Source: a virus (Duplodnaviria > Caudoviricetes). From it: a stretch of 64,000 nucleotides of DNA. Made by a program: the position numbers and the translations under genes. The DNA is taken from positions 1 to 64,000 of the IMG/VR virus record IMGVR_UViG_3300048854_000081; one strand, 5' to 3'. Below the pieces are notes generated by a model. The model had not been told where the DNA came from, made no database searches, and saw only the letters and a list, made by a program, of their open reading frames with translations. Below, one piece after another: positions 63,809 to 64,000 of the stretch; the stretch's first letter is position 1, and every line of letters starts with the position of its first letter.

Positions 63809-64000
63809 ATGAACGCAACAGCACAGAAAATCGAAGGCACCCCAGCCGAACTAGCCAATCGCCTCAGCATGAACGGTCATATCCTGACCCAAGCTGACAT
63901 TGGCTTCCTGACCCGCTTGGGTCTCGGTAAGAAGGTTGGAACGGAAAAGTCCGGTTCCGGTCGCGGTGGTAAACCTGCAACCCGTTGGGCGATCAATCCG
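63809..64000 (+). CDS. winged-helix-like protein, partial; paralog of 54633..54887
   Basis: MNATAQKIEGT...LSMNG...GKPATRW, runs off the window. Confidence 0.7.
   Translation, partial: MNATAQKIEGTPAELANRLSMNGHILTQADIGFLTRLGLGKKVGTEKSGSGRGGKPATRWAINP

Noticed and set aside
1-64000. Genome-wide TAG reassignment suggested by two CUA tRNAs
   Set aside because: Long conserved genes are intact in code 11, and several genes end at TAG followed by promoters or RNAs.
1-64000. CRISPR array, integrase, transposase or retron
   Set aside because: No regularly spaced repeats, and no recombinase, transposase or reverse transcriptase motifs were seen.

Overview
This window looks like an accessory/early region of a large lytic dsDNA phage, probably a T4-superfamily-like jumbo phage. 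The evidence is dense short ORFs, sigma70-type promoters before many genes, TAAATA late-promoter-like boxes, CCA-encoding tRNAs and a T4 Rnl1-type RNA ligase. No structural, replication, integrase or CRISPR genes are seen. Genes form three blocks: + strand to about 20.2 kb, - strand from 20.2 to 42.3 kb, and + strand from 42.6 kb. Recognisable proteins are a NadE-like PP-loop enzyme, an L,D-transpeptidase, a SET-domain protein, a class I methyltransferase, two SleB-like hydrolases, two SprT proteases, an RNA ligase, a T7 gp0.7-like kinase, a HAD protein, two GNATs, a DUF2828/vWA (Ro60/TROVE-like) protein, two HNH proteins and a GP88-like protein. A Cys/His/Asp protein family is present in nine copies. 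The most striking content is RNA. (1) The Ro-like gene is flanked by four ncRNAs that share a terminal stem plus a CNGCAAC motif and carry anticodon-like hairpins. (2) About a dozen tRNA-scaffold RNAs have expanded D, anticodon or variable arms, or doubled T-arms. (3) Two tandem amber (CUA) tRNAs have unrelated bodies, although the genes use the standard code. (4) Large structured ncRNAs of about 270 and 520 nt lie between promoters and terminators. All calls come from reading motifs by eye; no searches or folding programs were run.
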